Below the pieces are notes generated by a model. The model was not told the DNA's origin. It made no database searches and saw only the letters and a list, made by a program, of their open reading frames with translations. A program made the translations under genes and the position numbers. From positions 1,242,001 to 1,306,000 of the forward strand of contig NC_058369.1 of the NCBI RefSeq assembly GCF_018350175.1: a DNA stretch of 64,000 nt. Reading direction: 5' to 3'. Shown here piece by piece: positions 1 to 11,520 of the stretch (the stretch's first letter is position 1; the number at the start of each line of letters is the position of its first letter). The stretch is from Felis catus (lineage: Eukaryota).

Positions 1-130
1 CCCTCCAGGGCCTCCGGAGGGAGCGCAGCCCTGCTGACACCGTGACCTCGGACGCCTAGCCCCGGAGCTGGGGCAGGAGACCCCGTGTGGCTCTCGCACC
101 CCCCGAGCTGTAGGTTCCGGCCGCACCGGG
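1..130 (+). mobile_element. MLT1-type MaLR LTR fragment (3' part), GC-shifted
   Basis: ggagggagcgcagccctgctgacaccgtgacctcggac resembles the MLT1 segment 'gagggagcacggccctgccgacaccttgatttcagac'. Confidence 0.55.
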
Positions 131-489
131 CGGCTCCTGTCCCTGCCGTGGCCAGCCTCACCCACGTCTTCGGAGGCCCTGGGCTCTCACGCCACCGCGG
201 CAGGTCCCCAGGCCCCGCTGTCCTCCTGCACACGGTCCCTAGATAAGGTGCCTTCCCAGAAGCACCTCAATCTCCTGCTGGAAAACGGACCCAAACACAG
301 AAGAGGCTGCTGACTGTACCCGGCGCGTCAGGGCCCAGCCACCCGACGCGGGGTGGACGGGCACGGACCTCACGCACCCCGGGCGTCCCCGCCAGCAGGC
401 AAGGAGTCTGAGATGCGGAGGTGGGCATCAAGCCACAGAAACGAACACGGGGCTCCGATCGAGGACGGCCCAGCAGCGAGGGGACACCC

Positions 490-760
490 AGGGCCCGGAG
501 CTTGGTGTCCAAATCCCACACCCACAGAGGGTCCAGGCTCCTTGGAGAAACGGCGGATTCCAGGGCTGGGGGGGGGGGGGGGCACCCAACGGGCTCGGAG
601 TATCTTGCGGGGCCAGAAGGAAAGGGCTGCTCCCAACGTGCTGGGGAAACGCGGACGCGGCGCCCACCCGGCGAGCTTGCGGCCGAGCTGGGGACAGAGG
701 AACGGCCGGGGGTCCGTGGGGAATGAACCGAGTGAGCAGGTGAGGGGCCGCGGGAGGGAC
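490..760 (+). mobile_element. Ancient L1MC/L1MD-type 3' UTR fragment, GC-shifted
   Basis: ccaggctccttggagaaacggcggattccagggctgggg...ggagtatcttgcggggccagaagg matches the recalled L1MC3/L1MD 3'-end motif. Confidence 0.6.
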
Positions 761-929
761 AAGGGGCGCCAGCCCCCCCCCCCCCCCATCAGGACTCCAG
801 CCAATGAAGCGCAGAAAACGGCCACACGGCGGACACGGAGTAGCCACCGTTTCCGGGGCGGATCCTCAGCCCTCCGCCCGGCAGCCAGCGGGCAAAGCGG
901 AGGAGACACAGGGGGTCTGCCCAGCCCCA

Positions 930-2345
930 CAGCATCCCGCGGGGACAGCGCTCACGGCCACCGGGGAGGGCGCACATCACTGCTCTATATCCACACACGC
1001 GGCAGGGGCAGGGATGGGAGCCGGAGCGGAGGCCACGGCCCCACACGGAGCCGTGACGGAGCCGCGTGCACGTCACACCCCTCAGCCGTCGAGGAGGCTG
1101 TTTCTAGAACGTCCACACTGCGGACGTCTGGAGCCCAGTACGCCCGGGGTCGGTAACAGTTACAAACACACACACGCGCCTGGCACCAGAGTCCCTAAAT
1201 ACACGACGCAGAAGCTGAGTGGCACCGGGAGAACGAGGCCACTGGACAACCACGCTGGAGCTTCCGGAGCGTTCCGGATGCCGGCAGAGCGGTGGGCAGA
1301 CCAGACGTCCGCACACAGCCCAGGCCCCGGAGCCCGGCCGCCCCCGGCTGCCAGCAGGACCCAACCGACCTTCCGGGGACCCTGCCTGCACAGGTGGGAT
1401 GTCCTTCGGGGCCAACAGGTGCGCCGGGCAGCGCCGGCGTCGGCCAGAGCGTGGTCTCCAAACACAGCCGAGTTCGATTACCAAGCCACAACCAGAGAAG
1501 TCTGAGACATCCCCAAATGCTTGCAAGTGAACCCACTGGGGAGTAGCCACGGGTCCGAGAAGGAACACGAGGAAGCGAGGAAAGATCTTGGCTGCAAAGG
1601 AGACCACAGTGCGACAGGCCGACCCGAGGGTCGCAGCTCGAAGGACACGTCGCGCATCTATTAAGGGCCCAGGAATCCGCGAGGCGAGCTTCCGCATCAG
1701 GAGTCCAGAAAATGGAGAGTAAACCAAACCCACGGAGAGAAGGGAACAGCCGAGGTGGGAACAGGACCTCGTGAAATCGGGCACGGGGATGGCAGGGGGT
1801 GCAGAGAAACCACTGGAAACGGGAGGGCCGCGAGGTACCGAAATCAGGAGCAACGGTGGGAACATCGTTCAGGAACGTAAGGAACACGATCTCACCCCAC
1901 GGCAAAGCCCGTCCGCAGACGGCTTCACGGGGGACCCCTCCCAATCACGCCGGAAGTGACAGCGACCGCAGGCAGACTCTCCCAGAAAACGGAGACGCCC
2001 CCGAGCACGGCTGGGCGCAGATGCCGCGGCCGCGTCGGAAAACAGTCCGGCACTTTCTGAAAATGTCACCTGAGTTACCCTAGAATCCCAACAGTCCGCT
2101 CCGAGGTGCTGACCCAAGACCACAGGACCAGATTTGCACACCAGCGTTCACACAGCGTGATTCGTGACAGTGAAAAAAAGAGACAGAGCCCATACACCCA
2201 CCGGCTGGCAAAGGGACAGACGGAGGTCCGTTCGTACCACAGAATTCTGCGATCGCGTGAATTACTTGCCAATAAAAAGAAGAGAGCTGTAGCTGACCTT
2301 GAACAACACGGGCTCGAGCGTGCAGGGGCCGCTCACACGCAATAA
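930..2345 (+). mobile_element. Degraded ancient L1 ORF2 remnants (endonuclease piece ~1150-1270; ORF2 C-terminus/3' end ~1990-2345)
   Basis: Translation HAPGTRVPKYTTQKL resembles L1 EN 'YAPN..PKYMKQKL'; ggaaaacagtccggcactttctgaaaatg...gagttaccctagaatcccaacagtccgctccgaggt resembles the L1 ORF2 3' end. Confidence 0.6.
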
Positions 2346-2778
2346 CGAAGGATACCTCAGATGATACAGACAGCGGGCTAAATACGGGGAGGCCTGGCGT
2401 TCCGGGTGGGGGAGGGAGGGACCTCGGGGGTGGCGGCCGCCAGGGCACAAGGCTTGCACATCCGCACAGACAGCCGTCGGGTCAAACAGACCAGACTCCA
2501 GTAACGCCCCGCACCCACGCCTCAGGACACCTCTCAGCAGGCAGGGAACAGAGAGGAACTTCAGCGAAGCTGTCCCACTGAGCGCAAAGGTGGCTTGCTT
2601 CCACCCCCGTCAGGGGGCGATGCCCCGTGGCCAGAAATGCACTAAGAAAAGCATTAAGCGGCACAAACAGGAGGGACGGAGAGAGATAACCTGCCCACGA
2701 CATGGTTTTCGGTTTTGAAAATTCTAGGACTGCACTGCCCGATGTGGTTGCTCCTGGCCACGCAGGGCTATTTAAATT

Positions 2779-3012
2779 TTTTTTTCTTTTTTACATTTTA
2801 CTGATTTTTGAGAGAGATAGAGAAAGAGAGAGCACGCACGGGCGCACACAAGTTGGGGAGGGGCAGAGGGAGAGGGAGACGCAGAATCCGAAGCAGGGTC
2901 CAGGCTCCGAGCCGTCAGCACAGAGCCCGACGCGGGGCCTGAACCCACAAACCGTGAGATCGTGACCCGAGCCAAAGTGGGACGCTTCACCGACTGAGCC
3001 ACCCAGGGGCCT
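2779..3012 (-). mobile_element. Can-SINE
   Basis: tRNA-derived head, CT tract, A tail; TSD cagggctatttaaatt at 2763-2778 and 3018-3033. Confidence 0.95.
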
Positions 3013-3034
3013 CCACACAGGGCTATTTAAATTC

Positions 3035-3242
3035 GGGGCGCCTGGGTGGCTCAGTGGGTTGAGCACCCAACTCTTGGTTTCACCTCAGGTCACGACCTCA
3101 CGGTTTGTGAGTTCGAGCCCCGCATCGGGCTCCGTGCTGACGTTGCAGAGCCTGCCTGGGATTCTCTCTCCCTCTCTCTCGGCCTCCCCGCTGCTCACTG
3201 TGTAGGTCTCTCTCTCTCAAAGATAAATAAACTTAAAAAAAT
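3035..3242 (+). mobile_element. Can-SINE
   Basis: ggggcgcctgggtggctcagt head, gttcgagccc B-box, (CT)n, aataaa/A tail. Confidence 0.95.
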
Positions 3243-3519
3243 TTGTTTAAAGATTATTCACAACAGAGGAAAAAAAATACAGGAGCAAAAATTAGCAATA
3301 AATGTGCAAGAAAACTATATGAAGAAAGCTACAAAGCTATCCTAAGAACGCAAATGCCCTAAACAAACAGAGAAAGACCGTGCCCCCAGATACTCTGTGT
3401 GCTAACCTGCCCGTTCTCCCCAGCCTGGTATCGGTGGGGGACCAACCCCCACCGCCCCCCAATAAATCCCTTGAGCACTTACTTGACAAACAGACTCTAA
3501 AGGTCACAGGGACCACGGG

Positions 3520-3710
3520 ATGCCTGGGGGCCGGCACACTGGCCAACCGCGCGCTTTTGCAAATAAAGTTTTATTGGAACGCATCCATGATCATTCACTC
3601 GCGTTGTCTACAGCACTTCCGTGCTGCTAAGACAGGATTCAGGAAGTGGGACAGACTGCGCGGCCGGAAGAGATCGTCCGCTGTCTGGCCATTTACCTGT
3701 GCTTGCTGAC
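3520..3710. mobile_element. MER58-like hAT DNA transposon
   Basis: aaataaagttttattggaac...cattcactc...tctggccatttac hallmark. Confidence 0.75.
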
Positions 3711-4047
3711 GCGGTGCTAGAGCGGCCGTCCCGCGGGGAAAGGGATGTCCCCTGCCAGCACCACGTTTCAATCACGGTTTGAGGGAAGGGGGAGGGCGGG
3801 ACGGGAGGGTGATGGGTACTGGAGGGGTCACTGTGTGAGACCGGCTGAAAAAGTCTCGACAGAGAAGGAAATTGGGAACAAGGGTCCTGGCGGTTCTCAG
3901 AACAGAAAGCCACAGTCACCAGAAGCTGTGCTGTCACACAGAGAACACAAACAGATCAATGAAATGAGAAACCCCAGACGGGCTGTTCCACCCGCCAGGC
4001 TTCTCCGCGGTGCTGCACTTTCCAGGCTGAAGGAATAAAGACATCTG

Positions 4048-4213
4048 AGGGGCGCTGGGGGGCTCAGTCGGCTGAGCCTCTGACTTGGGCTCAGGTCACG
4101 ATCTCACGGTTCGTGGGGTCGAGCCCCGCGTCGGGCTCTGCGCTGACGGCTCGGAGCCTGGAACCTGCTTCGGATTCTGTGTCTTTCTCTCTTTCTCAAA
4201 AATAAATAAAATG
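4048..4213 (+). mobile_element. Can-SINE
   Basis: Typical head/body and aaaataaataaa tail. Confidence 0.9.
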
Positions 4214-4939
4214 CTAAGAGAGAGAGAACACAAACAACCTCTCAGGTGCTGGTTTTGTGGGTCTACCCAACTCCCACAGGAGCTTCCCCACCCCGAAGAG
4301 ACTCAGTGTTTCCTCGGAGCCAGCCCAGCAAGAGAACGCGGACACTTGATTCAGGCCGGCCGGGGTGCCACAGAGTCACCGAACACCCGTGTGCCCGGCC
4401 TGCTCCCGGGGCTTGGGGTGCAGCACGGAAGGAGAGAAGCTAACGCCTGCTCACACAAGCCGCCAACAGCCGCGATGGAGGCGCCGGGCATCAGATTAGA
4501 AGGAAAAAGTGACGGAAAAGGCAGTGCAGGCTGAGGGCTGCCCAGAGCCTTGGGATGGGACGAGGGGCCAGGGCCGGTCAGCACTCGTGTCCCCCGCCCC
4601 GGGTCAGCCTGCGCCCAGAGCCCACGGCCACTCTGAGCCCTGGCCCGTGCTGCTCCCCGAACCCGGGCCCCGGCGGGGCCACACCGAGGCGCCTTTCTCG
4701 AAGTCCGTGAGAGCCCCTCCGCCACGCTGCTTTGTGGCCTGAACCCCAGACGCGGCTCCCCTGCCACCACATCCTCTCCCTGCCCCAGGACGCCACCCAG
4801 GGCCCCAGGTGGCATTTGGTCACCCCCTTGGGCTCTGCTAGGCTGTGACAGCTTTCACGACCTTGAGAGCCTCCAGGATGAGCCGCCAGCTGGCCTGCGG
4901 TGTGTCCCCGATTGTGGGATGTTTTCCTGCAGTCAGTCT

Positions 4940-5310
4940 GGTTTCCCAGGGCTGGGCAAATCTAAACAAGATTTCATCCTCTCCCAGGCCCGGAGGCTCC
5001 GAGCTCTCCAGGTCAAGGTGTGACCTCCTCCTCTGGGGGGCTCCAGGGAAGGGTCCTTCCTTCCTCTCCCAGCTCTGGGGGGCTCCAGGCATTCCTTGGC
5101 CTCATCCCTCCAGTGCCTGCCCCCCCGTGGTCATCACGTGGCTTCTCCTCTGGGTCTCTTATGGAAGACCCTTGTCATTGGGTTTAGAGCCCCCCCCCCC
5201 CGAGAATCCAGGATGAGCTCATCTCCAGACCCTTAACTTGATCATACCTACAAAGACTTTTTCCACGTAAGGTCACGCTCATAGGTATCACAGGCTAGGA
5301 CGGGGACACA
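4940..5310 (-). mobile_element. MLT1-type LTR
   Basis: gtcattgggtttagagccc...aatccaggatgagctcatctccagacccttaacttgatc...taaggtcac motifs. Confidence 0.75.
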
Positions 5311-5639
5311 CCTACACCTGGAGGTGAGGGGCCCTTCTGGTCCCATCCTATCAGGGGTCCCTGCAGCCACTCAGCATCTCTCAGAAGGTGACCTTGACCC
5401 CTGGCTAAGGTGGGGGTCTGCCGGGTTTCTCCACGGTCAGGTTACCCTCGTCGGCTTTCCACGCACTTCTTTACAAGCAAGTCCCGAGTGCAGCCCCCAG
5501 GAGCGGCGTGGCAAGCGGCCCCCCGCGTCTTTTCAAGCTCCGGATTACGTCCCCGCCTCTACTGAAGCTCGCCCTGGACCACTGTCATAAGCACTTGCTT
5601 GGGTCACTGAGTCGATCCTCCCAGAGGTCCTGGGATGGA

Positions 5640-5725
5640 GGCATCTGAGCGGTCAATCCCAGTTCACCGGTGGGGAAACTGAGGCACAGGAAGCCCAGGG
5701 TCACCCGTGGGCAGCACCCACCTGG
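5640..5725. mobile_element. MIR fragment
   Basis: ggggaaactgaggcacag core motif. Confidence 0.55.
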
Positions 5726-7899
5726 TCGCTGCGGGGAAAACGTCACCAACGTGTAGGAAATAACAACCCAAAGGCAGAACCTTCTACGGTGAAGACCAAA
5801 CCGCGGGACATTACCGCCAGGACAATGGGGACAAATGCCATCGGCCTGACCCAGACCCCCTCTGGACGTCAAACACACGGCCAGGGAGTCTGCGGGGCCC
5901 AGGCGACCACTGACACCTGCAGGGACCAGCAAGGTGAGCCAGGGAGCCAGGCCGCTGGCGGGAGAAGCCACAGGCCCAGTGGGCAGGCGGGCGTGGGGGC
6001 AAAGGTCAGCATGTAGGCAGGTACCCTCCGTGCCCAGACCCCGCTTTCAGGGTGGCTCCCTGCAGCCCTTCCTCAGCACCACCCCTCCTCCCCCATCCAC
6101 ACGGCACCCCTAGGCCACCATCGTCCCCTCCCCCCCCCCAGCATCACTCAACCCCTGCGAGCCACAGACCCCAGACCCACATGTGGCCTCTGGCCGGCTC
6201 TCTGCCAAGTGCATCAGCCCTCCACGTGCATCCCTGCCACACCTGGCCTTCTCTAGGATGCTGGAGCCAGGGTCTGGGGGGCCACAGCCGCGGCCCCCCA
6301 CCGCACCAGGGAGAGGCACCTCCTCCCAAGGGAAGCCGAACCCTCTGCCTCCCATTTCTACCCTCCCGCCAAGCGCCTGCGGCCTCCACCCCCAGCCGGT
6401 CCACCCTTCAAAGCAGATGCGGTCACTCAGGCCCACGGTGCCCCTGCCCCTGCTGTGGCTCCCGAGTGCCCACCTGGACTCCAGACGGCCCCTCCCCTCG
6501 CCCTGCTCAGCACAGCGGCTCAGGTACCGATTCCGTCACCACCCCCGTCACCACCCCCCAGACCCCGGGTCTCCGGTTCTCCTTAAATCTCACTAGAGAC
6601 CACGCCCAGCTGACCTTACTCTCCGGCCATTTCCTACCACACCCCTCCCTCCAGGCCTGGGCCACTGGCTGCCCTCCCACTTCTCCGGAGCCCCTGCGGG
6701 GCCACACCCTTCACGCCTCTGGGGGCCCCACGCCCACTGCCTCAGCTCAATCGAGGACAGGCCGAGGACAGGCGCTAAGGTCACTGGTGCCTGGGGGCCC
6801 CTGGCTCCCCCTGAGGTTGCCCCCCCACCTGCCTGTGGGGTTTCCAGCCACATCCACCTGACCCGGTCCCCAAAGGGCTTGGGTCAGGCAGGTGGGAGCT
6901 CTTGCGGCCTCGCCTTACTTATTCTGCTCCCCGAAGGTGGTGAAGGAGACCAGGCCTGGCTGACCAGTTATGTAGGAGCATGACTCGCCTCAGGGACGCC
7001 TGGGGGCGGGGGGAGGGGGTGAGGGCTCTCGGGCAGCACACAGACCAGGCCCCTACTCCAGCTTGGGTGGGGGTGAGGCCCATGTCGGCGACTCTGGAGA
7101 GAGCTGCTGGCACACAGGGGAGGGAGGAGCCACGGGAGGTCCTGGGGACCCAACCACAGGCCTGGAACGTTCTGCAGACAGGAATCTAGATCCAGTTGTA
7201 CATAAATAACCAGGAAAAAGCCGGAAAGAAAAATCTCGAAAGCACAGGTTAAATAAAGGCCACAGGCCAGAAAGGCAGGGAGAACGCGTCGCAGCAGGCT
7301 GGGGAACACTCCGGGCGAGTGCAAGAAACGCCCCCGGCCCCCCTCCTCTGATGTCACACACACCCCCTCCCCCATCAGCGAGCCCCCCGTCCCTGGGGAG
7401 CAGCGTCAGGGAGCAGAGTCAGGAACACCGCCAGTGGACTGGGAGTCTGACGTCAGCCCCGCCCTGCCCGGGGGTCTGGGGGCTGGGTCCTGGAGACTGG
7501 CTAGAAGCACAGGTCAACAATGTCCCCTTTTTCAGAGAGGCCGGGGGACTGGGGTGTCACTGAGGGGGCTTATGTGGGTTCAGGAGGCAGGAGTCTGGCG
7601 GGGGCCTGGGGGTCACCACAGGGGAAGCACGGGACATTAGGTGCAGGAGGTCACTGGGGCAGGACGGAGGGGCCTAGAGGTGGCAGGCGCTGGTGGGGGT
7701 GGCTGGGTGGCCGTGCCTGGAGATCCTGGCCTGGGTGGCAGGGTCCGGCATCCTAAAGCCAGGAGCCTCTGCTGGGAGTGGAGAGGTGGGGGGTCCCAGG
7801 GCCAGGGTGTAGCTAGCATCAGAGGGCTGAAGGGTAGATGGGGGCCCGGCAGGGTCACGGGGCTCTGGCAAAGCGGGTCCCAGGGGACCTGGGGGTGGC

Positions 7900-8326
7900 A
7901 GGGCGCAGGAGGGTCCGGAGGACGGTCGGTCCCTGGAGCGGTTGGGTCCTGGGGTGGCGGGGCCGGGGGTGGCGGGGGCGCGGGGCCCGGGGGGTGGCGG
8001 GGCCCGGGGGGGCGGCGGGGCCCGGGGCCCGAGGACGGCGGGGCCCACCTGTGCGCGGGGATGCGCTGCGCGCCGAGCCCCTTGCCCACCAGGAAGTGCA
8101 CGTCGCAGAGCACCTCGTTGTTGAAGAGGAAGGCGAAGCGCTCCTTCAGCGTGGGCTTGGTGGCCTGCCAGTTGTAGACGGGCTCGCGCAGCAGCGCCGC
8201 CGCCCCCGGCTCCTCGGCCGCCCGCTCCCCGCCCGCCGCGGCCTGCGCGCCCGGCCCCGACCCGGGTCCCGGTCCCGGTCCCGGAGCGGGGGGCGGCCCG
8301 GGGGCGGCGGGGGCCGGGGCGGCGGC

Positions 8327-8357
<31 letters not shown>

Positions 8358-8900
8358 GCCGCGTTGCCGGGGGCGGCGGCGGCGTTGGCGCTGGGCCCGG
8401 GGCCGCCCCCCGCACCCGGGCCGACCCCCGGCGGGCACGACGCGCGCCCGCCGCTCCCACCCGCCGCCATCTTGTCGGTGCGGCGGCCGCGGGGCGGGGC
8501 GGGCGGGAGGAGGGCGGGGAGCCCGGAGGGGAGGGGGAGGGGAGGGCGGGGAGCCGGGAGGGGAGGAGACGGGAGGGGAGGGGAGGGGCGGGGAGCCGGG
8601 AGGGGAGGGGAGGGGAGGGGAGGGGCGGGGAGCCCGGAGGGGAGAGGGAGGAAAGGGGAGGGGTGAGCAGGGAGCTGGGAGGGGAGGGGGAGAGGAAGGC
8701 GGGGCGGGTGGAGGAGGCATGGGGGAGGGGAGGGGAGGGGAGGGGGAGGCGAAGGCGGGGAGATGGGAGAGGAGGGGGCGGGCGGGAGGAGGAGGAAGGA
8801 GGGAAGGGAGGAGGAGGAGCAGGAGGGAGCTGCGGGCCGAGGGGGAGCGGGGATGGATGGAGGGGGGCGGAAGGGGAGGAAGAAAGAACCCGGGTACCTG
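7900..8900 (-). promoter_or_regulatory. BTBD2: BTBD2 CpG island / GC-box promoter with polypurine tract
   Basis: Extreme CpG density over exon 1; repeated GGGCGG boxes at 8490-8790. Confidence 0.85.
8049..8470 (-). CDS. BTBD2: BTB/POZ domain-containing protein 2, coding exon 1 (422 nt, phase-2 donor)
   Basis: [15 protein letters not shown]...[43 protein letters not shown]; Kozak AAGATGG; donor AG|GTGGGC at 8048. Confidence 0.97.
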
Positions 8901-9528
8901 ATAGGCAGTGCGGACTGGACTGGAACCCCCAAACTGCTAACCACACCCATAGTGTCAGACTGCCCGAGTGCCCTGAAGAGGGACACCGAGAAGTCCTTGG
9001 GCGACCTGGGGCAGGGGCCAAAACCCAGAGCTTCAGCCTGGGGGAGGGGTTCCTGGAGGGAAGGATGCTGACCAGTGACCAGGGGTCAAGATGAAGAAGC
9101 CAGGGCGAGCCTCTTCCAGGTCCTGAGCCTGGTCAAGGTGGCCGGAAAGCTGGGTAGAGAGGTCAGGGCCAGCAGCCCCATTGGTGGGCGCGAGGCCCTC
9201 TCACGGCCCCTCATCTGTTCACAGGGCTTCAAGACCCACTTCCGTAACATCCGCGACAATTCAGCACCTAATAAGCGACTGGGAGACCCCCACCCCCCAC
9301 GCCGGGTCTCAGGGCTGGTCATTCCCATGGTGGAGGGATTTTTCTGGGGGGTTCACGGCCCAGTGACACCTAGGAGAGCCACAGGAAAGGCAGCCCCCCC
9401 TCAGCGTCCAGACTCTGCCCCCGAACTCCATGAGCTCTTCACCTCCAAAGCAGAGCAGACCTTGAATGCGCCCTTGTTCCTGGATCCCCAGCCCGGTCAC
9501 CTTCCTGGCCTGCAGCCCAAGGGCTCAC

Positions 9529-9630
9529 CCAGGGCCCCATGCTTGACGTAATACTCTGCTGTCACCATCTTGAGATGTGTGATAATTCTGGAACAAGGGA
9601 CCCACGTGTTCATTTGCACCGTCCCCTGCT
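9529..9630. mobile_element. MER91A-like DNA transposon fragment
   Basis: cagggccccatgcttg...ctctgctgtcaccatcttga...gaacaaggga...catttgcac. Confidence 0.6.
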
Positions 9631-10006
9631 TCAACGACTTACCCTTCTTTACTCTTTAGAACCCAGTCTCTTCCAGACTTAACCTGGTGTCTTGGAGCCT
9701 TTGCCTCAAGCCCTTTAGGGGCTTCCCTGCATTGACGGCCAATCCCCTCGCCCTGGGGACCACCTCTCCGTCTGGGGAGGCCAGGCCACTGGCATCCTGT
9801 AGCTCCACACCTTCCAACCCACCACAGAATGTGCTCCCATCGGCAGCCTTGCCCACTGGATTTCAAAAAAATGCCACCTTTTGAGCTCACTGCCTCTGCT
9901 CTTTTAGGATGAAAAATTTACCCAAGGCCAAATCATGCAATGTTATAACCATGGGCAAAAGCATCCCAATCCTGGAAATTTGTTTTTCATTCTAAAAGTC
10001 ATGTAT

Positions 10007-10620
10007 GGGGGCACCTCAGCCGGTTAAGCGTCCGACTTCGTCTCAGGTCATGATCTCACGGTTCATGGTTTCGAGCCCCACGTCAGGCTCTGTGCTGACA
10101 GCTCAGAGCCTGGAGCCTGCTTCGGATTCCGTGTCTCCTCTCTCTGCCCTTCCCCTGTTCATGCTCTGTCTCCTCTCTCTCTCTCTCTCTCAAAAATAAA
10201 AATAAACATTAAGAAAATGTTAAAAAAAAATAACTAAAGGGGCGCCTGGGTGGCTCAGTTGGTTAAACGTCCGACTTCGGCTCAGGTCATGATCTCACGG
10301 TCCGTGGGTTCAAGCCCCGCGTCGGGCTCTGTGCTGACAGCTCAGAGCCTGGAGCCTGTTTCAGATTCTGTGTCTCCCTCTTTCTCTGACCCTCCCCTGT
10401 TCATGCTGTATCTCTCTGTCTCAAAAATAAATAAATGTTAAAAAAAAATTAAAAAAAAATAACTAAAAATGTATGGAAAAAAAAAGGAGGGGCGCCTGGC
10501 TGGTTCAGTTGGCGGAGCGTGTGACTATTGATCCTGGGGTTGTGAGTTTGAGTCCCGTGTTTGGTGTGGAGGCTACTTAAAAGTAAAATCTTTAAAAATA
10601 AATAAAATAAAATGAAAATA
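10007..10620 (+). mobile_element. Three tandem Can-SINEs (~10007-10230, ~10239-10465, short older copy ~10489-10620)
   Basis: Three successive heads and A-rich tails. Confidence 0.92.
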
Positions 10621-11329
10621 AAGGAGGGACCTTGGAAATGCCAGAAAAACACAGAAAAGAACATTACTATCCAAAAATAATACCAGTGATAACACTTTAG
10701 TGCATTTCTTTATTGGCCTCTTTTTTTTCCCTTGCCTTTTGTTTTGCTTTGTGTTTTACAAAGAGTAGGATCTTTCTGTATAATTGGGATCACCCTGAAT
10801 CTGTCTCAGGTGGTAAGGGGATACCAGGTTCCCAGGCTTTTTGTGAGGATGCTGAATGGTGACTCATCCAAATAAATCAGCCCTGGATACAGTCCTAGTG
10901 AGGCGATAAGGAATGACAATCCTTACTCTTGCCTTTTGAAGATAATTATGGATTCACGGCATTCAGATTCAGGTAGTTTTAATTGATTGGAATCGTTATT
11001 TATGAAGGATACCTCTACGTGGGCCCCTGTGGGCCCTCGACACCCCTTAGAATTTGGAGAAGCCTCCTTCCTTCTAGCAACGAAGGGTTGCTCGTTCCCT
11101 GGGGTGGAAAAGAGTTATGTGTGACTACATTTGGGGGGGAGGGGGGAAGGGGGTCTCGTGACTGCATTTTGGGTATTGTGGACATTCAATTACTGCACAC
11201 TAGTTTTGGTGGAAAACTGCTTCAGGGCTACTTCGGTGATCAGGTAGAAATGATAACCTTTGGAGAGTGTGAGCTCATACTGCTAGTTCCAACTTAGCTC
11301 TCACAGTACTCTGCAGCAACTGTCCTCAG

Positions 11330-11520
11330 CAGATATGGCCTGCCTGGGCGCTAGACGCCGCCGGCCACCTGCTGTAAATAAAGTTTTATCTGCACACAGT
11401 CATGCCCATTTATTTGCATGTTATCTATGCCCGCTTCCTGGCTTCCGGGGCAAAGTGGAGTATCTGCCACAGAGACCAGGTGGCGGGCAAAAACCCTTTC
11501 CAGAAAACATTTGAAGACGC
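11330..11520. mobile_element. MER58-like hAT DNA transposon
   Basis: gtaaataaagttttatctgcacacagtcatgcccatttattt...cacagagacc. Confidence 0.75.

Noticed and set aside
353..1944. Several overlapping 230-270 aa ORFs
   Set aside because: GC-shifted L1 relics lacking stop codons by composition; no coherent protein.
7637..8986. 449-aa ORF extending BTBD2 upstream and into intron 1, plus overlapping 418/348/291-aa ORFs
   Set aside because: The extensions are low-complexity Pro/Ser/Gly translations of the purine tract and intron; only 8049-8470 matches BTBD2 and is bounded by a Kozak ATG and a splice donor.
10005..10441. Recurrent ORFs of the type MAQSVKRPTSAQVMIS... across the window, and tRNA-like A/B boxes
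   Set aside because: These are Can-SINE translations and SINE heads, not a gene family or tRNA genes.
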